In this document: one piece after another, positions 61,676 to 64,000 of the stretch
Numbering within the stretch: the stretch's first letter is position 1
How the letters are laid out: each line of letters starts with the position of its first letter
Source of the DNA: an uncultured Actinomycetes bacterium
GTDB lineage: Bacteria > Actinomycetota > Thermoleophilia > RBG-16-64-13
Reading direction: 5' to 3'
Assembly: GCA_947085635.1 (NCBI GenBank)
Contig: CAMTXC010000006.1
Coordinates: 11,564-75,563 of the forward strand
DNA: 64,000 nt
The notes under the pieces: model-generated
The model's input: only the letters and a program-made list of their open reading frames with translations
The model's database searches: none
What the model was told of the DNA's origin: nothing
Position numbers and translations under genes: made by a program

Positions 61676-62809
61676 GTGCGGGTACTCGTCGTCGACGTGG
61701 GCATGGGCACCTCCGATATCCTGCTGCACGACGATTCGCGCCGGGGCGAGAACCAGACCCACCTTGTAGTGCCTTCTGCGACCCGCGTGGTGGCGGCGGA
61801 GATCCGCGCCGCGACGCGGCGCGGCCTACCTGTGGTCCTGCGTGGTCGGCTCATGGGCGGCGGGCCGTCGACGTCGGCCATGGACGCGCACATAGCCGAA
61901 GGCCTCGCCTTCTATGCCGAGCCCGACGCCGCCCGCACCTTCAGCGACGATCTGAGCGAGGTCGCGTCCATGGGTGTGTCCCTCGTGGGGGAAGACGAGG
62001 CGGAGTCCCTTGCCGCCGGCGGGGCCGCGGTGGTGCGCTCGGGTGATGTCCGGCTGGACGATCTCACGCGTGCTCTGGCCCTCTTGGGCGAGACGGAGCC
62101 GCTCGACGGGCTGGGTGTCGCGGTGCAGGACCACGGAGAGGCTCCCGCCGGCGTGAGCGACCGCGTGTTCCGCTTCGAGAGGCTCGTGGAGAGCCTGGAG
62201 AGCTCACGGAGGCTCACCGATCTGTTCTACGTCCTCGGATCGATCCCGGCACATTTCACCCGTCTGGAGGCGGCCGGTCGTTGCATGGCGGCAGGCCTCG
62301 GGGAGTCTCCCGCGCTCGGGCTCGGCGACACCGTCCCCGTGGTGGTTGGCGACACCGTCCCCGTGGTGGTTGGCGACACCGTCCCCGTGGTGGTTGGCGA
62401 CACCGGTCCGGCGGCGCTGTTGGGCGCCGCCCTCTCCCGTGGGGCGCCGTGCGTGGTCATCAACTACGGCAACGGTCACACGCTCATGGCCGTGGTGCGC
62501 GACGGCGAGATCGATGGTCTGTTCGAGCACCACACCGGGAGACTGGATCGGACCTCGATGGCCGCCTACGTAACGGAGTTCCTCGCCGGACGGTTGGAGT
62601 CGGCCCAGGTGCTCGCCGACGGAGGCCACGGCGTGCTGCCCGTGTCCGCGGCGGTGGAACCAGGCTCGCTCGACGTGCTGGTGACAGGGCCGAACCGGGC
62701 GAGATTCGCCGGTGTGACGGAGCGGGAGGTCGAGACTTCGATCCACGGCTCCATGATGATCACGGGCTGCTACGGTCTGCTTGAGGGGTTCCGAGCCCGG
62801 GTGCCTTGA
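61676..62809 (+). CDS. DUF1786-like (ASKHA-fold-like) protein
   Basis: VVDVGMGTSDILL N-terminus. Family recalled from memory. Contains an in-frame 24-bp x3 repeat. Confidence 0.5.
   Translation: MRVLVVDVGMGTSDILLHDDSRRGENQTHLVVPSATRVVAAEIRAATRRGLPVVLRGRLMGGGPSTSAMDAHIAEGLAFYAEPDAARTFSDDLSEVASMGVSLVGEDEAESLAAGGAAVVRSGDVRLDDLTRALALLGETEPLDGLGVAVQDHGEAPAGVSDRVFRFERLVESLESSRRLTDLFYVLGSIPAHFTRLEAAGRCMAAGLGESPALGLGDTVPVVVGDTVPVVVGDTVPVVVGDTGPAALLGAALSRGAPCVVINYGNGHTLMAVVRDGEIDGLFEHHTGRLDRTSMAAYVTEFLAGRLESAQVLADGGHGVLPVSAAVEPGSLDVLVTGPNRARFAGVTEREVETSIHGSMMITGCYGLLEGFRARVP
62324..62404. repeat. 24-bp in-frame tandem repeat x3.4 encoding (GDTVPVVV)3
   Basis: ggcgacaccgtccccgtggtggtt repeated exactly three times, plus a partial copy. 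Confidence 0.95.
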
Positions 62810-62894
62810 GCCCGGGCGGTCGTCGGCGCGCGTTGCGAGCGGTTCGGTTGTCGAACCGGTTCGGTCGTCAAAGCGCCTCGGCCGTCGCTATCGA

Positions 62895-64000
62895 TCACCC
62901 TACGGCGATCACTCGGTTCTTCCCTGTGCGCTTGGCCTGATACATGCGGCGGTCCGCTGCGTCGATGAGCTCGGCGGCGGATTCGCCATCGACGGGGAAC
63001 GTGGCGATGCCCAGGCTCACCGTCACGGGCGCGCCCCATTCTCGGGGCCGCTCCTCCTCGATCCAACAGCGCAGTTTCTCGGCTGCGGTCTCTGCCTGCT
63101 CTTGTGTCGTGTCCGACATGATTATGGCGAACTCCTCGCCCCCGTACCTGGCAACCGTGTCCGCCCGGCGGGTGTTCGTGAGTAAGGCTCGGCCCAGCCA
63201 GCGCAACACCTTGTCACCCGACGGGTGGCCGTAGAGGTCGTTGTGGTGCTTGAAGTCGTCGACATCGAGAAGGATCAGCGAGACTTCTCTGGCGTACCGC
63301 TCTGCGCGGTCGAGTTCCTCGACCAAGGATTCCTGGAAGTACGAGTGGTTGTAGAGGCCCGTGAGGCCGTCGCGTATGGCCGTCTGCTCGACGGTGGCGT
63401 ACAGCCGGGCATTCTTCACCGCGATGGCCGTGGATTCGGCGAGAGCGGCGATGAACTGCACGTCTGCGGGGGAGTATGTGTTCGGATTGAGACTCTCCAG
63501 GTTGATCATGCCTCCCACGCGGCCGTCCACCAGGATCGGCACGCAGAGCATCGCCCGGACCTCGGGGCGCTCGCCGAGTGAGTCGTACTCGTCATGCACA
63601 TCGTTCGTCACCACCGCCTTACCGCTGCGGAGTGCGCGACTGTGAGGGCCGGAGGACCCGAGCCACATCTTCGCCCGGAGGCGGATCATGGTGGCCTCGT
63701 CGTAGTTGAGGAACACTGAGATGTCCTCGTCGGCCTCGATCGCCCGCAAGGCGACGTAGCCGGAATCCGATTGGGTCACGCTCTTGGCGGTCTCCAGCAG
63801 GTTCCGGGCGATGGTATTCAGGTCGAAGGTGGAACTCACGGTCTTGGTGAACGTGTTGAGAGCGGCGAGCTCGGCCGTCGCCCGGCTCAGGTCGGCGTTG
63901 GTCTGCTCGTAGGCGCCGGCGGCGCGCACGGTTGTGGCCAGCTCGGAGGCGATCGTCTCGAGCAGGGCCAGCTTCGAGCTGTTGAAAGTGCGTCCCGGGC
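62895..64000 (-). CDS. GAF-domain diguanylate cyclase (GGDEF), 5' end beyond the window
   Basis: GGEEF active site and RxxD-like I-site region, with a GAF domain upstream. The frame stays open to position 64000. Confidence 0.85.
   Translation of the reverse strand, partial: PGRTFNSSKLALLETIASELATTVRAAGAYEQTNADLSRATAELAALNTFTKTVSSTFDLNTIARNLLETAKSVTQSDSGYVALRAIEADEDISVFLNYDEATMIRLRAKMWLGSSGPHSRALRSGKAVVTNDVHDEYDSLGERPEVRAMLCVPILVDGRVGGMINLESLNPNTYSPADVQFIAALAESTAIAVKNARLYATVEQTAIRDGLTGLYNHSYFQESLVEELDRAERYAREVSLILLDVDDFKHHNDLYGHPSGDKVLRWLGRALLTNTRRADTVARYGGEEFAIIMSDTTQEQAETAAEKLRCWIEEERPREWGAPVTVSLGIATFPVDGESAAELIDAADRRMYQAKRTGKNRVIAVG

Noticed and set aside
1-64000. Search by eye for tRNA, rRNA or tmRNA genes and for tRNA-Sec
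   Set aside because: I found no T-loop/acceptor-type pattern (GGTTCGAATCC-like with a complementary 5' end) and no rRNA-like conserved tracts. A covariance-model scan is needed to be certain.
1-64000. Mobile elements, integrases, toxin-antitoxin or recognisable phage-defence cassettes
   Set aside because: No transposase, integrase or recombinase motifs, no terminal inverted repeats flanking genes, and no compositional island were evident.

Overview
High-GC (about 65%) chromosomal segment with tightly packed genes, many joined by ATGA or GTGA stop/start overlaps. I saw no rRNA, tRNA, CRISPR array, transposase or integrase. Gene content suggests an anaerobic, Gram-positive-type organism, possibly a deep-branching Actinomycetota (PASTA kinase, UPF0182, DUF1405); that placement is inference. 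Left to right: EcfT fragment; MoxR-DUF58-transglutaminase operon; a large HerA/FtsK-like P-loop ATPase; a PASTA Ser/Thr kinase plus a PASTA-only membrane protein; PHP phosphoesterase; the AmmeMemoRadiSam system with fused AmrB-AmrA; an hsp20-lon-archease-rtcB operon; an M50/CBS protease; a five-gene alternative-complex-III-like Mo/FeS/NrfD/multiheme cluster; UPF0182; DtxR, CsoR and CopZ metal genes; trxA; a membrane-bound hydrogenase with cytochrome b; a TrxR-like flavoprotein; two rhodaneses and a ferredoxin; a TPR protein; lgt; two paralogous secreted, TM-anchored zinc-ribbon proteins; a complete System I cytochrome c maturation cluster (two ccmE, ccmF, H, I-like, A, B, C, D); a BlaI/BlaR1-like regulator pair; a DUF2318 + 2x FtsX + ABC ATPase + TlpA-like + CcdA module; fdhD; DUF1786; and a GAF-GGDEF fragment. 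Three points stand out. (1) Three in-frame TGA codons, each followed 9-10 nt later by a hairpin, look like selenocysteine sites that the ORF track splits or misses: a [NiFeSe] hydrogenase large subunit (DPUxxCxxH), a TlpA/ResA-like lipoprotein (WATW-U-PS-C), and an unannotated thioredoxin-fold ORF downstream of trxA. (2) A TACTAC-N5-GTAGTA operator occurs at four or five promoters, which points to a BlaI-type regulon. Its BlaR1-like sensor ends in an extracytoplasmic CxxCH motif. (3) The respiratory and cytochrome-maturation genes are arranged unusually, and short tandem duplications are frequent, some of them duplicating Shine-Dalgarno/ATG modules.
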